A stretch of DNA of 64,000 nt, from NCBI GenBank assembly GCA_029855935.1, contig JAGSHN010000012.1, forward strand, positions 64,001 to 128,000, written 5' to 3'. The DNA comes from Candidatus Thorarchaeota archaeon (lineage in GTDB: Archaea > Asgardarchaeota > Thorarchaeia > Thorarchaeales > Thorarchaeaceae). This document shows, piece after piece, positions 50,203 through 59,823 of the stretch. Every line of letters starts with the position of its first letter. The first letter of the stretch is position 1. The notes under the pieces were generated by a model. The model searched no databases and was not told where the DNA came from. It saw nothing but the letters and a program-made list of their open reading frames with translations. The translations under genes were made by a program, and so were the position numbers.

Positions 50203-51258
50203 TCAGGGCCTGATCGCGACCTTCATACTCTCCCCCTTGCTCATCATCTCAAGCGCGTCTCGAATCTGGGAGAGTGGCATCTCGTGAGAGATCAACACTG
50301 ATGGGTCAATGTCCCCGGCAATTATCAGTCTCAGGGCCTGCTCGACGTGTCTGGGCGTCAGATGAAATACCCCTTTCAGTGTCAGCTGACCGTAGTGGAA
50401 TCTGACAGTATCGACGGTGAACTTTGTGCCGGTCGCTGCACCACCAAAGAGCACAGTGGTCCCTGCATCCCTTGTCATGTCGACTGCCTGCTCCCACGTC
50501 TGGGGCAGGCCGACAGCCTCGATGACGACATCCGCTCCATATCCTGCCGTTGCATCGCGCACCACTTGGACCGCATTCTCATCGGCTGGGTCAATCACGA
50601 TGTCTGCACCCGCTCGCTTTGCCATCCTTCTTCTCAAATCGGCTAGGTCGGAGACCATCACCGTGGAGGCACCAGCCTTCTTGGCGAGCATTATCAGCAT
50701 CTGTCCTATGGGACCCGCTCCTATTATTGCGACCGTGTCGCCCAGCCTGATTCCCGCCTCCTCAATACCGTGAACGACACATGCGAGGGGCTCTGTCAGT
50801 GCTGCGTGTTCGAAGGGCAGGTCGTCCGGGATCTGATGTGTATTCCACTCGACAACCGGAGCCGGCACCCTGATGTACTCTGCAAAGGCGCCGTTGACGA
50901 GATTCTCCTTCAGTCTGAGGCAGAGGTTGGGTCGTCCTCGCTTGCAGAAGAAACAGTGGCCGCATGGGGCCGAGTTGGTCGCGACAACACGCATCCCCGG
51001 TTGAAACTGCGTGACATCCTCACCGACCTCATCCACAATCCCTGCATACTCGTGTCCGAAGAGTGCTGGAACGTTCTTGATGAGCAGAGGATGGCCTCTC
51101 TTGTATGTCTTGACATCGGTGCCACAGGTCAGCGCCGCCTTTACTCTGACGAGTATCTCTCCAGCACCTATCTCGGGGATGTCGGTTTCCTCGTACCTGA
51201 CATCGCCAACGCCATAGTACATCGCAGCCATCATTCTTCCATGGGGCATTGCAGTCAT
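50203..51258 (-). CDS. Zn-dependent MDR dehydrogenase (sorbitol/threonine dehydrogenase-like)
   Basis: CGTD, GHE, CGHCFFC...C, GAGPIG. Confidence 0.94.
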   Translation of the reverse strand: MTAMPHGRMMAAMYYGVGDVRYEETDIPEIGAGEILVRVKAALTCGTDVKTYKRGHPLLIKNVPALFGHEYAGIVDEVGEDVTQFQPGMRVVATNSAPCGHCFFCKRGRPNLCLRLKENLVNGAFAEYIRVPAPVVEWNTHQIPDDLPFEHAALTEPLACVVHGIEEAGIRLGDTVAIIGAGPIGQMLIMLAKKAGASTVMVSDLADLRRRMAKRAGADIVIDPADENAVQVVRDATAGYGADVVIEAVGLPQTWEQAVDMTRDAGTTVLFGGAATGTKFTVDTVRFHYGQLTLKGVFHLTPRHVEQALRLIIAGDIDPSVLISHEMPLSQIRDALEMMSKGESMKVAIRP

Positions 51259-51383
51259 CGGTGGGCCCCCTGCCAGCGCATAAATGGTTTCCTGAACGGC
51301 TCACGCTGCTCCTGCTCATCATCGACGGACATACCACAACGTCTTAATCGTGACTGGTGTGTCGTCTGGGCGGCGATGGCGAG

Positions 51384-51872
51384 ATGCGAATCAGATCAAG
51401 GTATCCTGAACACCTCGAGTACACGTCCACCACCGACTGGGACGGTGCGACAGGCGCACATGCCAAGACTGGAGAGGGTCGCGAGTTGGTCCTCGACACT
51501 CCTCCGACATACGGGGGTCGGGGGCAGGGACTGTGTCCGGATGAGCTCTTCATCACCTCTGTGATTGGATGTCTGAACAACACCTTTCTCGACTTTCAGA
51601 GGCGCTTTCGGCTCGAACTCATCTCGCTGCATCTTGAGGGACGAGCAACGGTCGAGTTTGATAGTGAGGGCTACAAGATCGTCGGGATAAGGGTGACGGG
51701 CGAGGTGGTCGTTGGTCCCGATGAATATGACGTGGGGGAGCGCTGTATTGAGTTGATGAAGAGATACTGCCACGTATACAGGTCGGTATCGAAGTGCATA
51801 CCGTTCGAGTTTGACATCTCACTTCGTGAGGCAACGGAGGAGGAAGTACAACCGGCACAGGCCTTGGACTGA
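51384..51872 (+). CDS. OsmC/Ohr family protein
   Basis: DTPPTYGG...PDELFITSVIGC and YCHVYRS cysteines. Confidence 0.88.
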   Translation: MRIRSRYPEHLEYTSTTDWDGATGAHAKTGEGRELVLDTPPTYGGRGQGLCPDELFITSVIGCLNNTFLDFQRRFRLELISLHLEGRATVEFDSEGYKIVGIRVTGEVVVGPDEYDVGERCIELMKRYCHVYRSVSKCIPFEFDISLREATEEEVQPAQALD

Positions 51873-51898
51873 GTCACTGCCCCGTTGCTGTCTGTTGT

Positions 51899-52393
51899 TC
51901 ACTGATCATCCCTATTCTCCTGAATCAGTGCAGCAATCCTCTTCATATAGCTCGTTATGTTTGTCCAGTAGCTGCCCTTGAAATAGACGCTGTGACAGTC
52001 CTCGCACAGCCAGAACTCGTCATAGTAGTTGTAGGTCTGTTCAGGGACGAGGCCGTTCACTCTCTCCTTCTGATCCCCCGTCAGATGAATCAGCCGGCCA
52101 TTGCACTTCGAGCAGCGGGCCGTGTCGGGATTGACCTTGGGGGCGATGCGAAAGTGGCGGAACACGTCCGCAATCTCGTTGTCGACATCGCCCCTGACGA
52201 GCATTGCAGTGATTCCCTGCCGGGTGGCCTGCTCGTAGAGTGTCCCATCTGAAGTGAGCAGGATGCGCTCCTGTTCGCGTGCCAGTCTGAGAAGCTCACC
52301 ATCAGCGCAGTCGTGAAGATAGAGCGTGTCCTGACCGGTGAGGCGAAGCCATGTGGCCAAGCGTCCGAGCATAGCGTCCACGACGAACCTCAC
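51899..52393 (-). CDS. Mut7-C RNase (PIN fold plus Zn ribbon)
   Basis: FVVDAMLGRLATWLR, RILLTSD, RCSKCNG, CEDC...YFKGSY. Confidence 0.92.
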   Translation of the reverse strand: MRFVVDAMLGRLATWLRLTGQDTLYLHDCADGELLRLAREQERILLTSDGTLYEQATRQGITAMLVRGDVDNEIADVFRHFRIAPKVNPDTARCSKCNGRLIHLTGDQKERVNGLVPEQTYNYYDEFWLCEDCHSVYFKGSYWTNITSYMKRIAALIQENRDDQ

Positions 52394-52405
52394 TGTCTGA
52401 CCTCC

Positions 52406-53251
52406 TCATTGCCGTAGTGAGGATTGGCGGAGCCTGTCAACTGTCCCGATTGGTACGGTCACACCACCGAGCAGAGCGTAGGACTCTGGGTCATGATAGT
52501 CGCTTCCACCTGTCTCGATGAGGCCGAGCTCCCTTGCAGTCCTCCGGAGAGCATCAAACGCGTCTTTGCCAGGCGAGTTGGGATAGGCATATTCTACTTC
52601 GACGCCCCTCAGGCCGAGTTCCACAAGTTCTCTCAATAGTCCCTGGATGGTCTCTACGGGGAAGAAGAGTGGATGGGCGAGCACCGGGACTGCACCAACC
52701 GAGTCCAGCAGACGGACTCCATCATAGAGGTCAATCATCTCGCGTCGGACGTATGCGGGACGCCCCTCTCCCAAGTACCTCTCGAAGGCCTCGTTGATGT
52801 CCCTGACAACGCCTGCCTCGACAAGCAGGCGCGCGAGATGCGGTCTCCCCGGTGACTCTACGTTCTCCAGTATCGCTCTCACACTCTCCTCGTCGAGGTC
52901 GATACCAAGGTTGCGTAGACGCTCGACCATCTTTGGGAAACGCCGCTCTCTGCCCTCGCGGAAGTGTTGCAGCCTCTTCTCAAGTCTTGGCGAGTGTTCT
53001 GGCACCAAGTAGCCGAGGAGGTGAACCTCCTCCCCGTGCCAGTCTGTGCTTATCTCAATGCCGGGTACGCGGATGAGCCAGTCCGGTGCGGGTGTTTCGG
53101 TGAACTCTTGGAGCCCCGCTGTGGTGTCGTGATCCGTCAGGGCAACGCCGCCGAGATTGATGTCAACCGCCATTCGGACAATCTCTGCTGGCGGATGGAC
53201 GCCGTCTGAGCGGTCGCTGTGAACATGCAAATCCGCTTGGTCTCTACTCAA
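52406..53251 (-). CDS. PHP-domain phosphoesterase (YciV/TrpH-like)
   Basis: DLHVHS..SDG, LTDHD, GIEIS, GRPHLA, LAHP, GGSDYH. Confidence 0.93.
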   Translation of the reverse strand: MSRDQADLHVHSDRSDGVHPPAEIVRMAVDINLGGVALTDHDTTAGLQEFTETPAPDWLIRVPGIEISTDWHGEEVHLLGYLVPEHSPRLEKRLQHFREGRERRFPKMVERLRNLGIDLDEESVRAILENVESPGRPHLARLLVEAGVVRDINEAFERYLGEGRPAYVRREMIDLYDGVRLLDSVGAVPVLAHPLFFPVETIQGLLRELVELGLRGVEVEYAYPNSPGKDAFDALRRTARELGLIETGGSDYHDPESYALLGGVTVPIGTVDRLRQSSLRQ

Positions 53252-53660
53252 CGGGCCTCGCCTCCCTCACTAGAGTCCTGATGAGTGTGCGCACCCCGTG
53301 GCAGATCCGTCTTATCTCATCGTCTGATACTGTGCTGCGAGATGGGCACTCCTCGTCTACGATACATCTGTCAGCACGTGCGTCGTATACAACCGGATAG
53401 TATCTGCACCCTTCGGGTCTATGTTCATAGATCCTGCAGAGTTTCGAGGACGGGTCGTAGAAGAAGCAGTGTCCGTCTATATTGCGTAGTTCGTAAAAGC
53501 CGTCCTGCGCACGATGGACGAACTCATCTCTATCGTATCCGAGCGACTCGATACGTCGAATGTCATCCTGCGTGAGGGTCATCTCGGTCTTGAGGCAGCA
53601 GAGCCTATCCTCATCACAGTCGCCGTTGTGATTACAGACAAACGGGCTCAATATGTTCAT
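53244..53660 (-). CDS. YkgJ/UPF0153 cysteine-cluster protein
   Basis: C...CCLKTEMTLT..D, CFFYD...CRIYEHRPEGCRYYP. Confidence 0.88.
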   Translation of the reverse strand: MNILSPFVCNHNGDCDEDRLCCLKTEMTLTQDDIRRIESLGYDRDEFVHRAQDGFYELRNIDGHCFFYDPSSKLCRIYEHRPEGCRYYPVVYDARADRCIVDEECPSRSTVSDDEIRRICHGVRTLIRTLVREARPVE

Positions 53661-54261
53661 CGCCTCGGTGTGATGGGATTGCTGATGCTCGGTCGTCATC
53701 TGCTGTGGGTCAAGGAGGATGAACGGGCGGCCGGTCCTGCTGGGCCCACTCCACAACGTCGACCACTTGGTGACTGGTTGATTGGTCAGTCCCCATTCTG
53801 CGCATGGCCCTCTTCTATGCCCTAGTGTTTCCTCGGGTCAGCCGTCGGACGAGACCAGTCGTTTGGCCGTGGCCAGACGGACTGCCCGTAGTACTGACCT
53901 CAAGTCCTGTGCTCAGGGGCCTCTTGCCAGTCAGGCTCACGAATGTCAGTTCGTGGAGCCTTCTGATCACACGGACAAGGTCAGTAGGCTGGCTCATTGC
54001 ACCGCGGAGCAGTCGTCCACGGTCGAAGAGAGCGAGCAGGCGCTCAGCGATGTTCATAGTGGTTCATCCATGATGGGCAGCTCGGAGCATAGAACAAAAG
54101 GTTTTCCAAGTGACGTATCTGCTCCAACTCTCCTCGTCCAGACAGGCAGATCTGCGACACATCTCTTCACACTCCTGTTAGCGTGCCTGCGCCGCCAAAT
54201 GCCAAAGCGCTATAAGGCAGTTGGAGAGGTCAGTCGCAGACTCCAGCAGGTGACATCAGAG

Positions 54262-56076
54262 ATGCGAATCGCAGTTATCGACCGACACAGGTGCCGGCCC
54301 AAGGACTGCACTCACGAGTGCAGACGGTTCTGCCCCCGCGTCCGGACTGGCGACGAAACAGTGGTGTTTCCCGATGGTCCTGACAAGCCGCCAGTGATTG
54401 TAGAGGAACTATGCTCTGGTGAGGGCATCTGCGTCAGAAAGTGTCCGTATCATGCGATTAGCATAGTGAATCTACCTGAGAAGCTGGAGACTGACACGAG
54501 CCACCGCTATGGTGTGAACGGGTTCCAGCTGTTCCGACTGCCAATACCAAAGGAGGGCCGTGTGCTGGGCCTGATTGGTCCCAATGGTGTCGGAAAGACG
54601 ACGGCCATAAGAATACTTGCGGGAGAGATCAGACCGAACCTTGGTCGAATTGACGACCCCCCCGACTGGGACGAGATCATCCTTGAGTTTCGCGGGTCGG
54701 AGCTCCAGCCCTTCTTTGAGAGAATGCGAGATGGTGTCATCACCAGTGTCCATAAGCCTCAGACCATCACTGACCTCCCCAAGGTCAGGAACATTGCGGA
54801 GCGTCCAATCAGTGAGCTGCTGGAGTCCGTCGACACGTCGGGCCGTCTTGACGAGCTGAAGGCGGATATGGGCCTTCGAGAGATCTGGGACCGTCCTGTC
54901 AAGTTCCTCAGTGGTGGCGAACTCCAGAGGGTCGCCGTGACAGCGGCAATTGTGCGTGAGGGAGATATCTACTTCTTTGACGAGCCGACAGCATATCTTG
55001 ATGTCCGAGAGCGGCTCCGTGTGGGAAAGGCCATCCGCCAGCTGTCCGAGATGGGAAAGACAGTCGTTGTCGTCGAGCACGACCTATCTATTCTCGACTA
55101 CGTGTCGGACCTTGTCTGCATCTTCTACGGCGACCCGGGTGTCTATGGTATAGTCTCTCATCCTCACAGCACACGCGTGGGCATCAACATATTCCTTGAT
55201 GGTTTCATCCCAGACGAGAACATGCGCTTCCGTGACATGGCAATCTCGTTCAAGGGCATGACCTCTGAGGACGAGGAGTTCATTGGTGCCGAGACACTTC
55301 TCCAGTATGGCAAGATGCGGAAGCGTTTCGAGAACTTTGAGCTTTTGGTCCACGGTGGACGTGTGGCGCGAGGCCAGATCATCGGGATACTCGGTCCCAA
55401 CGGTATTGGCAAGACTACGTTCGTCAAGATGCTGGCAGGCATAATCGAGCCCGACGAGGGCGAGGTGCCGACAAAGACGGTCTTGGGGACTGACCTGAAG
55501 GTGTCGTACAAGCCTCAGTACATTGAGCAGGACTTCCCCGGCACGGTCCGTATGTACCTGCGTGAGGCTGGCGGTGCGGTCATCGACACTGCAGACTTCA
55601 GGACCGCTGTCCTGCGTCGTCTGGGCCTTGAGAATCTGCTCGACCACGCAGTGACGGACCTGAGCGGTGGAGAGCTCCAGAGGACAGAGATTGCGGCGTG
55701 TCTGGCACGGGACGCGGACATCTATCTCTTCGACGAGCCATCGGCCTTCCTTGATGTCGAACAGCGTCTGGCGGCCTCACGTGCCATCCGGCGGATGATT
55801 CAGGGTGCTGGGAAGACAGCGTTCGTGGTGGAGCACTCAATCCTGATGGCGGACTACCTGAGCGACAGTCTGGTCGTCTTCAATGGTACTCCCGGACGGT
55901 ATGGTGAGGCATCACCCGTGATGACACTGCGCAGGGGGATGAATATGTTCCTGAAAGATATGGGGGTGACCTTCCGGCGCGACCCCCAGACTGGTCGTCC
56001 GAGGGTCAACAAGGACGGTTCGCAGCTTGACCGCCAGCAGAAGGCGATGGGCGAGTACTACTACATCGGCAAGTGA
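54262..56076 (+). CDS. rli: ABCE1/RLI ribosome recycling ATPase
   Basis: MRIAVID, N-terminal Fe-S cysteines, HRYGVNGFQLFRLP, two NBDs with LSGGELQR, TFRRD...GRPRVNK. Confidence 0.97.
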   Translation: MRIAVIDRHRCRPKDCTHECRRFCPRVRTGDETVVFPDGPDKPPVIVEELCSGEGICVRKCPYHAISIVNLPEKLETDTSHRYGVNGFQLFRLPIPKEGRVLGLIGPNGVGKTTAIRILAGEIRPNLGRIDDPPDWDEIILEFRGSELQPFFERMRDGVITSVHKPQTITDLPKVRNIAERPISELLESVDTSGRLDELKADMGLREIWDRPVKFLSGGELQRVAVTAAIVREGDIYFFDEPTAYLDVRERLRVGKAIRQLSEMGKTVVVVEHDLSILDYVSDLVCIFYGDPGVYGIVSHPHSTRVGINIFLDGFIPDENMRFRDMAISFKGMTSEDEEFIGAETLLQYGKMRKRFENFELLVHGGRVARGQIIGILGPNGIGKTTFVKMLAGIIEPDEGEVPTKTVLGTDLKVSYKPQYIEQDFPGTVRMYLREAGGAVIDTADFRTAVLRRLGLENLLDHAVTDLSGGELQRTEIAACLARDADIYLFDEPSAFLDVEQRLAASRAIRRMIQGAGKTAFVVEHSILMADYLSDSLVVFNGTPGRYGEASPVMTLRRGMNMFLKDMGVTFRRDPQTGRPRVNKDGSQLDRQQKAMGEYYYIGK

Positions 56077-56078
56077 GA

Positions 56079-56906
56079 CTAACGTTTCAGGCCTCTGTAC
56101 CAGTATGTCCTGTTCCCTCTTCTCTTCTCCTCGTCCATCTCCGCGAGCACTCGCACAGCCTCGTTGGCGCATCTGACAACATCGTCCTCGCCGCGCACCG
56201 CAAACTCGTCCCGTATCCTGTTGGCATAGACGGCACACACTGCTCCAGTCCTGAATCCATAGATGTTGCCAAGCGTGAAGAGTGTAGCTGCCTCCATCTC
56301 GAAGTTAGCCACATTTGCCCTCGTGAGGTCCTTGATCAGAGTCTCGCTCATGCTCTGAGTATAGCCGCCGAACCCTGGTCTTGACTGACCCAAGTAGAAT
56401 GAGTCCGTTGAGGCGGATATCCCAAGATGGTATCTCAGCCCCAGACTCTCTGCAGCCTCTATGAGCGCAAGAACCACCTCGTAAGAGGCAGCAGCAGGAT
56501 ATTCGGCCCTCACATACTGTCTACTCGTCCCCTCCAGTCGCACGGCCGCTGTTGATATGATCAGGTCACCGAGGTCTACGTCCTTCTTCAGGGTGGCTGT
56601 CGACCCGACACGGATGAATGTCCTCGCTCCGACGTTGGCGAGCTCCTCCACGACGATGGCCGTGCCGGGGCCTCCTATGCCTGTTGAGCAGGCTGACAAC
56701 GGGACCCCCTTGTAGGTTCCCGTGTGAGTGACGAACTGACGATGCGATGCCACCTGTCTTCTCGTTTCCCAATACGAGCTTATCTTCTCGACGCGCTGGG
56801 GATCCCCTGGCATCAGAACGACCTCTGCCACGTCACCCTCACCCACCTCTAGATGGTACTGTTTCCTGTCCTCCGTGACTGGCCGGGTTGCTGACACACG
56901 CTTCAT
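56079..56906 (-). CDS. udp: Uridine phosphorylase
   Basis: QYHL, PGDPQR, STGIGGP, IRVGS, RLEGTS, DSFYLGQ, NFEME. Confidence 0.92.
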   Translation of the reverse strand: MKRVSATRPVTEDRKQYHLEVGEGDVAEVVLMPGDPQRVEKISSYWETRRQVASHRQFVTHTGTYKGVPLSACSTGIGGPGTAIVVEELANVGARTFIRVGSTATLKKDVDLGDLIISTAAVRLEGTSRQYVRAEYPAAASYEVVLALIEAAESLGLRYHLGISASTDSFYLGQSRPGFGGYTQSMSETLIKDLTRANVANFEMEAATLFTLGNIYGFRTGAVCAVYANRIRDEFAVRGEDDVVRCANEAVRVLAEMDEEKRRGNRTYWYRGLKR

Positions 56907-57014
56907 CGTGACACACTCTTTCCCCGTATCGTCTTGCGTCCCGCGTTTTGTTCCTTTCGTATCGAAGGTTTCTATAGGCGTTGTGACCAGAGTAGTGTGT
57001 TCAGGTGTCTGCTG

Positions 57015-57905
57015 ATGAGTCCTGTCGACGACCGACTGAAGCATCTACCATTGGGAAAACTTGTCCGTCTTCACAGGCTGCTCTACGAACACGGCCCGGG
57101 CAACGGACGCCTGTTGATACTGCCCATTGATCAGGGGCTGGAGCACGGTCCTGTGGACTTCTTTCCAAATCCCGAGTCTGCCAACCCGGATTTCCAGTTC
57201 AGGCTTGCACGCGAGGGTGGCTTCTCCGCCATCGTTCTGCATCTTGGCTTGGCGCAGAAGTACGCGCGCGAGTATGCGGGAGAGGTGCCCATAGTCCTCA
57301 AGCTGAATGGAAAGACAAACATTCCATCGGATGCGCACGCCCTCTCTGCGCTGACTGCCTCAGTCGAGGATGCTGTGAGAATTGGTGCCGACGCCGTTGG
57401 ATACACTATGTACGTCGGGAGCCCGAACCAACACACGGACTTTATGCAGTTCCGCAGGGTCAAGGCCGATGCTGACAGGTACGGGATGCCTGTGATACTC
57501 TGGTCCTACCCCCGTGGAGAGGCCATCGAACGCAAGGGTGGTCGGGACTCTCTCTATGCCATAGACTACGCAGCCAGGGTGGCCTGCGAGCTCGGTGCGG
57601 ACCTCGTGAAGCTGAACGTACCTGTGGATGACCCTGCACGCAGGGGCGACCAGCCCGAGCCGTACTCATCACTCTCGCTCTCCCTTGAGGAGCGTGTTCG
57701 AAAGGTCATAGAGTCCGCTGGCAGGACGCTTGTGCTGTTCTCGGGGGGTCACAGGGTGAGCGATGACGATCTTCTCCGTAGGGCACGCGTCTGTGTCGAA
57801 CAGGGCGCCACTGGACTGATCTTCGGACGTAATGTGTGGCAACGTGAGTTTGGTGATGCTCTACGTATCGCACACGAGCTGAGACGCATCCTTGGGGCCA
57901 GCTGA
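57015..57905 (+). CDS. fbaB: Class I (DhnA/FbaB-type) fructose-bisphosphate aldolase
   Basis: PIDQGLEHGP, LKLNGKT, WSYPRG, LGADLVK (Schiff-base Lys), SGG, GRNVWQ. Confidence 0.88.
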   Translation: MSPVDDRLKHLPLGKLVRLHRLLYEHGPGNGRLLILPIDQGLEHGPVDFFPNPESANPDFQFRLAREGGFSAIVLHLGLAQKYAREYAGEVPIVLKLNGKTNIPSDAHALSALTASVEDAVRIGADAVGYTMYVGSPNQHTDFMQFRRVKADADRYGMPVILWSYPRGEAIERKGGRDSLYAIDYAARVACELGADLVKLNVPVDDPARRGDQPEPYSSLSLSLEERVRKVIESAGRTLVLFSGGHRVSDDDLLRRARVCVEQGATGLIFGRNVWQREFGDALRIAHELRRILGAS

Positions 57906-57926
57906 TCACGACAGGGTCGTCATGCC

Positions 57927-57938
57927 AAAGTATTATAT
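57927..57938 (+). promoter_or_regulatory. Candidate BRE/TATA promoter for fbp
   Basis: AAAGTATTATAT in the intergenic region upstream of fbp. Confidence 0.5.
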
Positions 57939-58066
57939 GGACATAGAATATCGTCTGCGCGACTGCACCATTCGGACTCCGACAGACCTAAAAGGAGAGC
58001 AGGAGGCGTCGGAATCCTCTCAACAGGTGTTGTCATCACCGGTTCAGTCGTACAGGCGTCAGGAGC

Positions 58067-59224
58067 ATGTTGACGATGGTCGAAACTACAATTAGCGTCA
58101 TCAAGGCCGACATTGGCTCACTGGGTGGTCATGTTGTCGTGCCTGACTTTCTGATGGAGCTCGCACGCAAGAGATTGAAGGAAGCAGTACAGAAGGGCAT
58201 CATCAAGGACTTCTACGTTGCCAATGCTGGCGATGACCTCGAACTCATCATGACCCATCACAGAGGTGAGGGTTCCGAGGACGTCCATCGCCTTGCCTGG
58301 GACATCTTCAATGAGGGCGCCAAGCTGGCACGCGAGAAGAAGATCTATGCTGCCGGACAGGACATCCTCTCCGATACCTTCAGCGGAAACGTCCGTGGTA
58401 TGGGTCCCGGTTCTGCAGAGATGACGATTGAGGAACGCAAGTCTGAGCCGATAGCCGTCTTCATGGCTGACAAGACGGAGCCCGGGGCATTCAACCTCCC
58501 GCTCTTCAGGATATTCGCGGACCCATTCAACACTGCAGGTCTGGTGATTGATCCGAACCTCCATCAGGGTTTCGTGTTTGTAGTCCAAGACATCAAGCAG
58601 TCGGAGCCGCACTTTGTAGGGTTGCGCTGTCCTGAGGAGATGTACGACCTGTTGGCCCTGCTTGGGAGCACGAGCAGATATACAATAAAGAAGATCTATC
58701 GCAAGGACGGCCTCGTGGCTGCCTCTGTCAGCACCGACAAGCTGCATCAGATTGCGGGTAAGTACATTGGCAAGGACGATCCTGTGGCGATCGTCCGTGC
58801 CCACTCAGGTCTTCCGGCCATGGGTGAGGTCCTTGAGGGCTTCACAATTCCTCATCTCGTTGCGGGATGGATGAGAGGCTCTCATGTCGGTCCACTGATG
58901 CCAGTCGGTCTGAAGGACTCTCGTTGTACACGATTCGATGGGCCGCCACGGGTCGTAGGTCTTGGATTCCAGGTTCACGACGGTCTACTCCTCGGTCCTG
59001 TCGACTTCTTCGAGGATGTGGCGTTCGATCAGACGCGTCAGCGTGCGATGGAGGTTGTGGACTATCTGCGGCGTCACGGCCCCTTCATGCCACATCGTCT
59101 TGACGAGGAGTCGATGGAGTACACCACACTGCCGAATGTGCTGAAGCGTCTTGAGGGACGCTTCTCGGACACAGAGATAGTAGTAACTGGTCAGGTATCT
59201 GATGACTCTGACTCGGCCGAGTGA
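58067..59224 (+). CDS. fbp: Bifunctional fructose-1,6-bisphosphate aldolase/phosphatase
   Basis: SVIKADIGS, GDDLELIMTH, AGQD, DKTEPGAFN, GKYIGKDDP (Tyr/Lys pair), GWMRGSH, FDGPP; start 58067 or 58076. Confidence 0.97.
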   Translation: MLTMVETTISVIKADIGSLGGHVVVPDFLMELARKRLKEAVQKGIIKDFYVANAGDDLELIMTHHRGEGSEDVHRLAWDIFNEGAKLAREKKIYAAGQDILSDTFSGNVRGMGPGSAEMTIEERKSEPIAVFMADKTEPGAFNLPLFRIFADPFNTAGLVIDPNLHQGFVFVVQDIKQSEPHFVGLRCPEEMYDLLALLGSTSRYTIKKIYRKDGLVAASVSTDKLHQIAGKYIGKDDPVAIVRAHSGLPAMGEVLEGFTIPHLVAGWMRGSHVGPLMPVGLKDSRCTRFDGPPRVVGLGFQVHDGLLLGPVDFFEDVAFDQTRQRAMEVVDYLRRHGPFMPHRLDEESMEYTTLPNVLKRLEGRFSDTEIVVTGQVSDDSDSAE

Positions 59225-59235
59225 GAGCGTGGCGT

Positions 59236-59271
59236 GGCAGGAGAGATTCCGCGGCTCTCCTGCCTCCTTTC
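59236..59271 (+). terminator. Hairpin terminator after fbp
   Basis: GGCAGGAGAG/CTCTCCTGCC 10-bp stem, then TCCTTTC. Confidence 0.7.
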
Positions 59272-59353
59272 GCCCTGTGAGGTCGATCGCCCACATACAG
59301 CAGTACGAACTGTGCTCAGACGAAACGAAGTGCAGAGAGTGAATGGATGCTCA

Positions 59354-59674
59354 CTATCCGGTGCGCTTTATGATATGATACCCGAACTTGGTCTTGACGG
59401 GCTCGTGGGTCATCTGGCCGACGTTTAGGCTGAACACCGCCCGTTCGAACTCGGGGACCATCTGGCCTCTGGTGAACCAGCCCAGATCTCCACCCTTCTT
59501 CTTTGAGGGGCAACTGCTGTATTGTCTGGCCATCTCTGCAAAGTCGGCGCCCTCAGATATCCTCCGGATGATCTCCACGGCCTGACTGTGTTTCTCAACG
59601 AGGATGTGGCTTGCCCGGACCTTCCCGGCCTTTCCCTTCTCTCTCTTCTTCGTCTTACCTTTGCCCTTTCCCAT
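59354..59674 (-). CDS. Parvulin PPIase with Lys-rich N-terminal tail (Par14-like)
   Basis: RASHILVEKH, SSCPS, GGDLGWF, MVPEFE, PVKTKFGYHII. Confidence 0.93.
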   Translation of the reverse strand: MGKGKGKTKKREKGKAGKVRASHILVEKHSQAVEIIRRISEGADFAEMARQYSSCPSKKKGGDLGWFTRGQMVPEFERAVFSLNVGQMTHEPVKTKFGYHIIKRTG

Positions 59675-59823
59675 TCGACATACCGCCTGTGACGTTTCCG
59701 TGCGTCGCTTCATCGCAGGGATGCCAGTCTGTTAAGAGTTGCTGAGTGAATAATATGCAGATGAGCATTGGGGAATGACACCATTTCATTAGTCATAGTT
59801 TCGCTGGATGCTGTGATGAAACG

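Noticed and set aside
53782-54261. 160-aa N-terminal extension of ABCE1
   Set aside because: The canonical start MRIAVID follows an AGGTGA SD at 54262; the extension looks non-coding
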